Of a stretch of DNA of 64,000 nucleotides, positions 27,211 to 36,569 are shown in pieces (within the stretch, counting starts at the first letter, position 1; every line of letters begins with the position of its first letter). The position numbers and the translations under genes are program-made. The notes below the pieces were generated by a model. It made no database searches, had not been told where the DNA came from, and worked only from the letters and a program-made list of their open reading frames with translations. This DNA is from Phyllosticta citribraziliensis. Taxonomy: Eukaryota. The stretch is from the NCBI RefSeq assembly GCF_038025025.1, contig NW_027117345.1:310001-374000 (forward strand), given 5' to 3'.

Positions 27211-27646
27211 GGAGCGTTCATGTGTAGTTGCTGTGTCGTGCTAGGGAGCGTTCGTGTTCGGAGGAGTAGTAGCAGGTGGGTAGGGAGCATTCATGGCTAG
27301 CGGCTGCGGCGTATCCTGGAGCATTCGTGTACATTGTAGTAGGGGTGTGGTCAGGGAGCATTCGTGCCCGTTGTGGTAGGTAGGCAGACATGGAGCATTC
27401 ATCACACTTTACGCCCACACCTAGGGAGCATTCGTGCCCGGAGTCGTATGCATCTGGATAGGAATGCTCCCTGTTAAGCTACTGCGTTAGACCTGGGAGC
27501 ATTCATCACGCCTCGCGCCCACACCTAGGGAGCATTCGTTCCCGGAGTCTTGTGCATCTGGATAGGAATGCTCCCTACCTAGCTACTGCGTTAGATCTGG
27601 GAGCATTCACGCCTATCTACGTACCACATCATCCCAAGGAGCATTC
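27211..27646. repeat. Array A: 13 copies of core GGAGCRTTC at 33-39 bp spacing with variable spacers; two copies inverted
   Basis: Cores start at 27211, 27245, 27284, 27318, 27355, 27392, 27425, 27462 (inverted), 27496, 27529, 27566 (inverted), 27600 and 27638. Confidence 0.9.
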
Positions 27647-28665
27647 ATTCGCCGCACCATCTCTCCCACATCTATATCCCTATCCCCATACCCACCACAT
27701 TCCACCTACTTACCACGCCTCCGCAGCCTCTATATAGCTCCGTTTAACAGCCTCAATCTCATTAACCGGTGCCATGGCGCACTGGTCACAGTAGCATGCG
27801 TAGACAAAGTAGACATTGTGGTTCCCAATCACGTTAGCGTGGCTCGCTTAGCGTCGCTTGGTGCGAAGCATTGGCGTTCGAGTCCCGTAGGGCGCATCGC
27901 ATTGTAGGTCACAAACAGCAGTAGTAGAGAGAGAGAAGTTGTGCTATTGAACAACGGTATGTAGAGGTGGTGATGGGGAAAGTGTGCGCATTTTGGTCCC
28001 ACGCCACGGACGCGGTGGCTGGTTGAGAGCGCTGAACTCATCCGCAATGGATTGGATAGGATAATCAATGGGAACGCCAGTGTAGTTGTGCGGGCGGGGA
28101 CGTCGTCGCGGGTGTCCGGGCCATTCAAGGGCTGGGCTGACAGCATGGGGGTTGTTGGTCGGGTGCTCTGCGTCAAGTGCTTGCGTGCGGCGGCCGGGGA
28201 AGCGAAAGGCTGGAGGCCCGCTCATTCGAGCAAGCTTCGCCGGGATGAAGCAGAGGGTGCCGGACCTTGCTTGTCAGCTCAAGTCGCCGCAGAGGGTGGA
28301 GAGGCGGGGAAGCTTACCAGGATAGGCGGAGCCTGTTGCTGCCAGACTTGAAGTGACTGCGGCGCCGAGGGCGGACGTCAACTCCACTGTTGTTCGGTTT
28401 TGTTTGACGCGTCAGAGTGCGTCAGTCTCGGGCAGCTCGCGCGGATGGCGTCCGTCATCTTGCAAGCAGATCTTGCAAGATGACCATCCAGGCTTTGCTG
28501 TGACAGGGGCGAACGGCGACCGTCCAGAGGCGGGTCGGTTGAAGAGGAAAGGTTGGGATGGTGAGTAACACACTGTTTTTATATTCGGCTCGCGTGTCGT
28601 CCCGGCGCTAGCCCAACTGGGCAGGCGACGCTCTGGGGAAGCGGCGCACGGGCCCAGATGCGTCC

Positions 28666-28692
28666 GCTTATCGCGCCTGATAAGCATCTATC
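28666..28692. promoter_or_regulatory. GATA-site cluster (candidate AreA/NIT2 nitrogen-control element) upstream of asparaginase
   Basis: GCTTATC-gcgcct-GATAAGC is a perfect inverted pair, with a third site TCTATC at 28687-28692, about 100 bp before the ATG. Confidence 0.5.
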
Positions 28693-28790
28693 AGGGAACG
28701 TCCGTCGACGGCGGAGAACAGCGTCGACGCGCGAACCTCATTCACATATAAGTTATAGCTGGGGAGAGACCTCAATTTCCATCTGATTCG

Positions 28791-30167
28791 ATGCAGGATA
28801 CCTCCATCATGGCCAATTCGACTCCCCCGTGTCCTTCGGGCACCCTGACACCGCGCATCATCATCCACGGCGGCGCCGGCAACATCTCGCACGCGACGCT
28901 CCCACACCCCTCGACGCTGCCCTACCGCCACGCGCTCCGCCGCATCCTCCGCGAGACATCTTTGCTGTTCAAGCAAGACCCCAACACCGCCGCCCACGTC
29001 GCGGCCGCGCACGCCGTGTCGCTGTTCGAAAACGACCCGCTCTTCAACGCCGGCCGCGGCGCCGTGTTCACGACGGCGGGGACAAACGAGCTGGAAGCGT
29101 CGCTGATGGTGTCGCGGGGCAAGCACAAGCGCGGCGTCGGCGCCATGCTGGTGACGACGGTCAAGAACCCCATCCTGCTGTGCCGCGAGCTGCTGGAGCG
29201 GGGCGAGGCGCTGGACGGCGGGGGCGCCGGCGCCCACGTGCAGCTGAGCGGGCCGCAGATCGAGCAGCTGGCGCACGAGTGGGGCTGCGAGGTTGTGGAT
29301 AAAGACTACTTTTGGACGAAGCGGCGCTGGGAGGAGCATAGGAAGGGGTTGCAGAGGGGCAAGGGGGCGGTTGGGAGCGAGGATATGGAGGCTTTGGGGG
29401 GACAAGAAGAGGTGGATGAGCTGGATAAAGGGAGAGATGGAGATCCGAGTTGGAATGGCAAGGAGTACCTCCCCCAGGGGACGGTGGGATGCGTCGTCAT
29501 GGATAGCTTCGGCACGATTGCTGTCGCGACGTCGACGGGTGGCTTGACGAACAAGCTGCCCGGCCGCATTGGCGACACGCCCACTCTGGGAGCCGGGTTC
29601 TGGGCAGAGCAATGGCTCGAGGACTTTGCGTCTAGCATGCCGTATCAGGCTCGTCCCTCCGCCGTCGCTGCTTCGCCGCTGGACAAGCTCTCTCGTGGCG
29701 ATATCACGGGCGTCTTGTCCGACTGTCTGCCCTCGTTAGCCCCGGCGGATGCGTCGCCACCGATGCCTCAAGAGAAGCTCTCAACCTACTCCGACACCAA
29801 ACGGCGCCACGCCGTGGGCCTCTCAGGGACAGGCAATGGTGACTCCTTTCTCCGCGTCGCCGCGGCTCGCACCGCCGCTGCCATGTGTCGCTTCTCTTCG
29901 CCCAACCTGCCGCTGCGGACAGCTCTCAAGCGCGTGGCAGGGCCTGGTGGCGAGCTGCAGCAGTCGGCAGAAGAGCGCTGGGGCAAGACGGGCGAGGGCG
30001 AGGGGGGCATCATTGGCATCGAGCTGCACGGCGACGAGAGTAGCGTCCTGTACGACATGAACTGCGGCGGCATGTTCAGAGCGTGGGTAGATGAGGAGGG
30101 CAAAGAGAGGGTTGCGGTGTTTGCGGATGAGGATGGGCGCGAGGATTACGATTTGAGCGAGGCTTGA
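28791..30167 (+). CDS. Type-2 L-asparaginase / isoaspartyl peptidase (Ntn hydrolase)
   Basis: IIIHGGAGNI, FENDPLFNAGRGAVF, autocleavage site GTVGCV, ATSTGGLTNKLPGRIGDTP, SGTGNGDSFLR. The start could be Met 28809. Confidence 0.92.
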   Translation: MQDTSIMANSTPPCPSGTLTPRIIIHGGAGNISHATLPHPSTLPYRHALRRILRETSLLFKQDPNTAAHVAAAHAVSLFENDPLFNAGRGAVFTTAGTNELEASLMVSRGKHKRGVGAMLVTTVKNPILLCRELLERGEALDGGGAGAHVQLSGPQIEQLAHEWGCEVVDKDYFWTKRRWEEHRKGLQRGKGAVGSEDMEALGGQEEVDELDKGRDGDPSWNGKEYLPQGTVGCVVMDSFGTIAVATSTGGLTNKLPGRIGDTPTLGAGFWAEQWLEDFASSMPYQARPSAVAASPLDKLSRGDITGVLSDCLPSLAPADASPPMPQEKLSTYSDTKRRHAVGLSGTGNGDSFLRVAAARTAAAMCRFSSPNLPLRTALKRVAGPGGELQQSAEERWGKTGEGEGGIIGIELHGDESSVLYDMNCGGMFRAWVDEEGKERVAVFADEDGREDYDLSEA

Positions 30168-30426
30168 AGAGGGCAGGACAATCACTGGGAGCAGAGTAAG
30201 GAGTAGCATGCATGCATTTTGGGCTACTCGAAGAGTGAAGATTGGGGGGAATGGGGCACCGACTGTCTGACCATCAGGGAGAACGGGGTGTGCCGACTAT
30301 CTAACCATCAGAACCAACTTCTCGCCCACCATCCCTCCATGTTTGAATGAGAGGGTTAGTGCGCCTCAAGGTGTTGTTGCCGGCCTTGGAGTATTCCTAC
30401 GCCTCGTGGTGGTGCTATTATTGACT

Positions 30427-31824
30427 TTAAAAGACAAAGTCCTTGTCGTCACCAGCGAGGCCAGGACCCAGATCTTCAGCACCCTCAGCATCCTCAGAAT
30501 CCTCAGAATCCTCAGCAGCAGGAGGAGCAGCCGGAGCAGTAGGAGCAGTAGCTGGACCAGCAGTAGGACCAGCAGTCTCTTGGCCAGCGGTGTCATCGTT
30601 GTTGGTGGCAGCCTTCTTGCGGCCACGACCCTTGGGAGTAGCAGAAGCAGCAACCTCCTGTCCAGCAGTCTCGTCGTTGTTGGCAGCAGCCTTCTTGCGG
30701 CCACGGCCCTTGGGAGTAGCAGAGCCAGCAGCAGGACCACCAGTCTCCTGGCCAGCAGTGTCGTCGTCGTTGGTGACAGCCTTCTTGCGGCTGCGGCCCT
30801 TGGGCGTGGCGACGGCGGGAGAGGAGCCAGCAGTATCAGCCTTGGTCTTGCGTGGAGTAGCAGCCTTCTTGCCCTTGGGCGCCGGAGTCGCGGGCTCCCC
30901 GGCGCTGCTCTCGTCATCGCTGGCAGCCTTGGGGGTCTTCGGAGCCTTCTTGGCAGGGGTAGCGCGGGCCTTCTTGGGCGTGGGTGTATCGGGGTCCGCA
31001 TCAGGCTCGTTGGGAAAGGAGGCCGCGGGAGCCTTGCGTTTGCCACCGGGAGTGGTGGTCTTCGGAGACGAAGCGGCAGCCGTGGCGCGAGGCTTGCGGG
31101 GCGTCTTGGAACCCTCGCCCTTCTCTGGCTTGACGAAGCCCGTGTACTTCGGGTCTCCGACGGCGTCAACAGCCTCGACCTTCTTGCGGATACGGTACAG
31201 AATCGAAGGGACAGAGCGCTCAGAGTATCCAGCCAGAGTTCCGAACTTCTCCTTGTCGAGCTGTTTGTAGGTTAGTCAGGGTGTCATGCGCAAGAGCTAG
31301 AGGAAAGAAAAGAGGTGCTGACTTACGGCCGGGTCGTGGGTCTTGGGGTCCTTCTCGCCGCCAGGAATGACGCAACGCCAAAGGATTGCCATGGTCTCTA
31401 TCTCCTTGGGGGTGAAAGTAGGCCTAGGGCCCTCGGCTTCCTTGGGCTTATCCGTCTTGTAGGCTGTCAGTAGGAGCATCCATCGGCAGGAGCGATGAAA
31501 CTCACGGCCTGGTCCTCGTCCTTGTCCCCGTCCCCATCGTCTTCGGCCTTCTCGGTCTTCGACAGAGGCGCCTCAGGCTCCTCGGCTCTGCCCTTGCCCT
31601 TGTCCTGGATGGGATCGTCAGCGAGAGAATTCATCAGTGGGGACATTCAAACTCACAACCTTGGGCTGGCCCTCGGCATTGGAGGACGAAGCCTCCTCGG
31701 CCGCCATGGCCGGGCCCGCGTCAGCGGCGGGAGCGGGAACGGGAACGGGAACGGTAGCCTCCTCAGCAGCCTGGTTGGCGGCGTCGGCGGCAGGGGGATC
31801 ACTCTTGATCTCTTGGTCGGTCAT
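30427..31824 (-). CDS. Small Myb-like/helical DNA-binding protein with basic H1-like tail and three AT-hook-like TPKGR(G/S)RKK repeats; not called as a single ORF by the track
   Basis: Spliced by eye from exons at about 31824-31657, 31604-31506, 31455-31327 and 31260-30427. It gives FTPKEIETMAILWRCV...|LDKEKFGTLAGYSERSVPSILYRIRKKV followed by a K/A/T/P-rich tail. TAA at 30429-30427. Confidence 0.75.
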
Positions 31825-32678
31825 GGTGGATTGGGGTACGACAGTAGAGGGGGAGGGAGAGGGGTTGGAGGGTGGTGGAAGAAAGGTGGTGGAAGAGAGA
31901 GAGGTGACCGCGCAGATCAAGGTTTTGATAATCACCACCTACGCCGTTCTGCGGCAGAATCTTTCGTGGGCAGTACTAGCACCCTTTGGGTCGCGCATCA
32001 CACCTGTCAGGGAACGCCGAGATCAGCGCCAACTGCTTCCCATTCATCTACTGGGGAGCCACAAGTCAGTAACTTCTATGTGTCAAGGAGGGTGCACTTC
32101 TGTTCCCCTTTGTAACTGATACTGGGGAAACTGGAGTATAACCAGGTTTATCCTGCACTGAGAATGAGCCCGTGGTACTAGGGAGATGACAGAACAATCA
32201 GGACTGTTCCCGGCATAGAACGGCGCATTCCGGTTTACATTAATACTGGGGAATCGGATGTACAACCACCCAACGGACATTGACGAGCTTCGGTTCACAA
32301 AGCCATTAGGAAGTTGTTCGAACACATCGGAACAGAGAATTTCGTCCGAGCAGACTAATCGAAATATTAATTGAAATATTAGGACGTGATGCGGCGTGAC
32401 AAGTGGCTTTCGATGGGGAACGTGGGGACTCATCGATCGGTCTCGGGATTTAGTTCGATTCCGTCGACCACGAACTCATTCACATCACGCAAGTCACCAA
32501 CAGAGGCAAAAAGGAAGGGTTCAGTCTGCATTCATTGGTCCTATGACTACCAGGAATCCTTTCCCACTGAACTACCAGGGCATTTTGTATGCATGACAAG
32601 AGGGGAGAAGGGCAGTGCTGCTTCTGGAAGAAGCGTGGGGTACCGAAGCGGTCGACAGTTGGGGCGCCCAGCGGGTTC

Positions 32679-33283
32679 CTACTCGTCGTCGTTTCGTTCG
32701 AAGCGCCTGTGGCGCTTGAACATGGCAAGCTTGCCTTTGGGCTCGGCGGAAGCGGCCCTCTTCTTGCCCTTGGAAGCGTCCTTGGTCGGCGACTTGCTGG
32801 CCGTGGTAGCCGCCTCCTCAATGGAGGGGACGGGGTCGGAGGCGTCGGCGCGGTCCGGGGGAGGGGTATCCGCCAACTCCTCGCCCTCCTGCTTCTTCGC
32901 GCGCTTGTGGCGGGTGGCAGGCTGCTTGCTGCTGGCGTCGGTGAAGCTGGGCAGCTGAATGGGATCATTGCCCAGAGACTTCAGGATTCGAAAAAAAGAA
33001 ATTTTTGCCGAACGGACGTTGGTAAACCCCAGTGCCTGCGTCATAGCCGGCTCGTTGACCTATAAAACACGCAAAGTCAGATATACTGTCATGCCAATGG
33101 GAAGCCTCAACGTAAGAGTAGGTGTAGCAGATGGAGTGCCATGTTTCAACCACAGACTTGGAGATGGGATCGAAGACTTACGGTCGGCTTAGTAGACAGG
33201 TGGCGGAGAGCGGCAACGACAACAGTAACCTCGCGTTCGTTGAGGGGGCAGCCAGGGAACGCGGGACCGGAGCGGGGAGCCAT
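32679..33283 (-). CDS. Second, shorter paralogous Myb-like/helical DNA-binding protein with basic tail
   Basis: Exon 33283-33182 (MAPRSGPAFPGCPLNEREVTVVVAALRHLSTKPT), GTAAGT..CTGAC..TAG intron 33181-33060, exon 33059-32679 (VNEPAMTQALGFTNVRSAKISFFRILKSL...). Confidence 0.7.
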
Positions 33284-33720
33284 GTTCGTCGGGCGATGGG
33301 GCTGCGGAGGAGAGCATGGGATTAGCTAACAAAGTTGTGCCACTGGGCAAGATACAGGTTGCCGGGTGAAGCGAGTGCGGAGGAGAGGATGGGGCTGAGT
33401 CGACAGAGGAGTGCAGCTTGTTTTGTTTGACTTACCTTGAGGGTTGTGGCAGGGTCGTTGGGTGATGGTGGTGTGGAGGAGAGGATGGGGGTGTGCAGGT
33501 GGAGTCGTTGGGTAAGACGGGTGCGGAGGAGAGGGTAGGGTCAGATTAACTAAGGTGTGTAGTTGGGCAAGATACGTGCAGTTAGGAGGGCATTTTGTCA
33601 TCTCAGCGACTGAATATATCGATGTTGCGGGACTACCCAAAATGACTACCTCAGCGGGAGGAACCGCCGCTAACCGTTTTTGGAACTTTTCTTTTCTACC
33701 CATCACCATAGTCGACACTT

Positions 33721-33894
33721 GAATGGTCCCTGTCAGTCATCAATACAGGGTCTGAATGCTCTCTATTGGTCGTCAGTAGAGGGTCTGAATGCTCCCTGTT
33801 CGAGGTCAGTGTAGGGTCTGAATGCTCCCTGTCAGTCGTCAGTGTAGAGTCTGAACGCTCCCTATCAATCGTCAGTACAGGCTCCGAATGCTCC
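33721..33894 (-). repeat. Array B: 6 copies of a 33-bp unit containing GAATGCTCC (reverse complement of the array A core)
   Basis: Cores at 33721, 33754, 33787, 33820, 33853 and 33886 (exact 33-bp period). Unit approximately GAATGCTCCCTGTCAGTCGTCAGTGTAGGGTCT. Confidence 0.92.
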
Positions 33895-34373
33895 TATGGA
33901 CGACACTGATTCCCCACCCACTCTTGTTGTGCGTGCCACGACTTTTGCAACCAAGCCTCAATCGCCGAGGTCCAACTATTCAAGACTTGCACTTTTGGGC
34001 TCCGCCTACCGCTGCCAAAGGCATCCAGTCTCTAAGAGCTTTCGTCAACCAAAGGTAGTGCTGGACTGGCTTCCAAAGACAGTGCGGGCTCCAATGGCGA
34101 CGGCACTTGGACTCGTCTTCCTGAGGTATGCAGACTTTCCCTCGCTTCGTCAAGGCCGCGCACTGACATTATGCGGCGCGCAGATTTCAGGAGCAGCTGA
34201 CCTCAATGCCCAGGTCTTGTTTCGATCCTGCTCTTCGGCACATTCAGCGCGAAAATCCGGATCCCTCGATGTGGAGCCAGCAGCCAATACTACTCGAGAG
34301 GACAAGTTTCAAGATCCCGTACTCCTCGGAGTCTAGCGTCACACTTCCCATCTAGCCAGGGGTTCAGTCGTTC

Positions 34374-35033
34374 TTGGGACACACACGAATAGCGGGAAAT
34401 GGGAAGATACAAAAGTGTGGGCACATTTCTACATTGGGGACCCTTTGCGGCGGCGGCGGCCGAGCGTTGGTAATGCTTGATTGGGAAAGGGAAGCAGCAG
34501 GCTGTAGAGGGTGCTCTGCCCTCCGGCAAGCCGACGTCGTCAAAGGCGAAATTCGATACGGCGCAGTCTTTGGCGGCTCGAAGCCCAAAATCATGTCGTA
34601 GATCCTACTGGGGCCTGGCTTCAATCGCAGTGGCAAAGACATGCTGACTTCGGGCATCACGGGCGAGAGCCTGCCCGCGTACATCTTCTTCAGGGCCATG
34701 TACTACCGAAAGCTCAAGCACATGGTGCAAGACGTCTGGGGGACGAGGAGGCTGGGAGGATATACTCTAGACTAGGACAGGATTTTGCGAGATGTGGAAG
34801 CGCGAAGGTTACTGACTGGTCTGTGGGAGTGGTTCTTACTCGGGCAGCTGGGCACTAAGGAGGGGTTCTGGAGAGCATTATCGTTTCGTTTTCACGGCCT
34901 ATCACGTCAATATCGGATTATTCGGAGCACAATTTCGCGACAAGTAGTGAGGGGCCACACATTCCGCGCCGTTATCACATGCACGGAGAGTTTTGTTCAA
35001 GAGAAGGCGAATCGATATCCGCTGTTTTTGTAG
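34374..35033 (+). pseudogene. Possible decayed gene: about 220-codon frame interrupted by two in-frame TAG stops
   Basis: ORFs 34374-34601 and 34785-35033 share a frame, and the gap between them is open except for one more TAG near 34773. No family recognised. Confidence 0.22.
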
Positions 35034-35276
35034 AAACGCTTTGCACGACTATTTTCCTGAAACAGTCGCACGAAAGTGGCGCGCAAAGGGAGCGGTTTGA
35101 AGTGAATGAAGAAAGACAAGCCCTCGTCGGGCAACGCCGCAGTCCCAAATGCAGTAAATGCTGCAACCCCGCCCTGCCATGCTTGAATCGAGACGCAAGA
35201 GTTGAAAAGAAGACGAACCAAAGGGAGCCAAGACTTTACAGCGCTCAAGGCAGCCCCGTCAAGACGCGCGTTGCGT

Positions 35277-36569
35277 CTAGTCATCCGAGGTGTTGCTGGT
35301 GCACTGTGCCGTGGATGGCGTCTTCATCGGGTACTCGCCGTCTCCCTTGATGACCTGGGGACCGGGGTTGGGGTACGAGAGCTCCCAGTCGGTCAGGGGG
35401 AGTTGGCAGTCGTGCCAGATGGGGTTCGGGATGAAGATCTGGGGGCGCGAGTTCCAGGCGACGGCCGTCGTATCGCGTCCCTCGATGGGAGCGCTGTTTT
35501 CCGCAAAGCCACTGCGGTTGTGGACGTGGCGGGCCATGTGGGCCTCACGCTTGCTGCTGGTAGTCGTGGGAGCCTTCCAGCACTGGCAGGAACATCCAGA
35601 GGCAGTGTAGGCTTGTTCCTTGTTGAGGGTGGTTGAGGACTCGTCACACGAGCACTGGCACCAGTCGAGCTTGTACTTGCCGCTGGACTTGGAGCTGGAC
35701 GGCGTGTTCGAAGCCGACGAGACGCCACGAGCAACGGTGGTGGCGGCTTCGGAAGCCTTGGTGGGAACAGCGGAAGCTTGAGCTTGGGAATCCTCGGTAG
35801 CGGCAGCAGGGTCGGAGTCCACGACGTAGGACGGCTCGGAGGATGGCTGAGAAACAGGCTTGGAGGCGACAGAGGGAACAGCAGACTGCTGCGAGCCCTG
35901 CTGCGCGGCGTCATTGCCGCCTGCGGCGCCGTCTGTAATCGTGACTGCTGCGCAGTTCATGTTGAATTCCTGTATTGTGTTAGATGGATGAAGGGCAAAC
36001 AGAACGGAAGACTTGCCTGCTCACGGTTGATCCAGGTCCATGCGAATACGGCCTCGCCGTTGGGAATGTCTGAAGGAACGGTAAAGGTAAAGTCCTGGCC
36101 TGAGTTGGCCGAGTCCTTGCGATGGGGACAGTTGCCCTCGTAAGAAGCAGCAACGCGGAAAGTCTTGCCTCCATCGGTGGAGAATCCAACCTGACAACTT
36201 CCACCGTAGTGAGTGTCTGGAAATTGTGAGCATTTGATCAATATTGGTGTCCGTAGATCAAGACTTACCACCAAGGTCGTTCAACGCGGCAGAAGGTTCG
36301 CCAGTCAGGGACCAGGTAGCAGTGCTTCCAGCCTTCCAAGTAGCCACGGAAGCGCCCGCAGGGGTGCCAAGGAGGTCCAAGTATCCACGACATATGGCGG
36401 TGTTGTTGTATCCGCAGCATCCCATGGGAGCATTGTAGGTGCTGTCTCCTTCGCCGGTCTTGTGCGGGTTGTTTCCTGCCTGGAATGGTGGAGGAAATCC
36501 GAGCTGCATGTGGGCCTGGACAGCGACGAAGCTGCAAGCAGCCAAAACGGCAATTTTGGACATGGACAT
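35277..36569 (-). CDS. Secreted AA11-like lytic polysaccharide monooxygenase with Ser/Thr-rich linker and Cys-containing tail
   Basis: Signal peptide ending AVQA followed by His1 (HMQLGFPPPF), THYGGSCQ (second His), YEGNCP, FAWTWINREQ|EFNMNCAAV. Two introns. Confidence 0.8.

Noticed and set aside
27211..27646. True CRISPR array
   Set aside because: Eukaryotic context, constant part only 9-12 bp, mixed orientation, and no cas genes. Reported as a repeat instead.
27836..27900. tRNA gene suggested by the B-box-like GTTCGAGTCC at about 27875
   Set aside because: The T-stem does not pair and there is no acceptor stem or anticodon arm. At most an isolated TFIIIC-like site.
30343..31275. Three overlapping long ORFs in the track (310, 267 and 275 aa)
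   Set aside because: These are shadow or alternate frames of the low-complexity last exon of the minus-strand gene 30427-31824.
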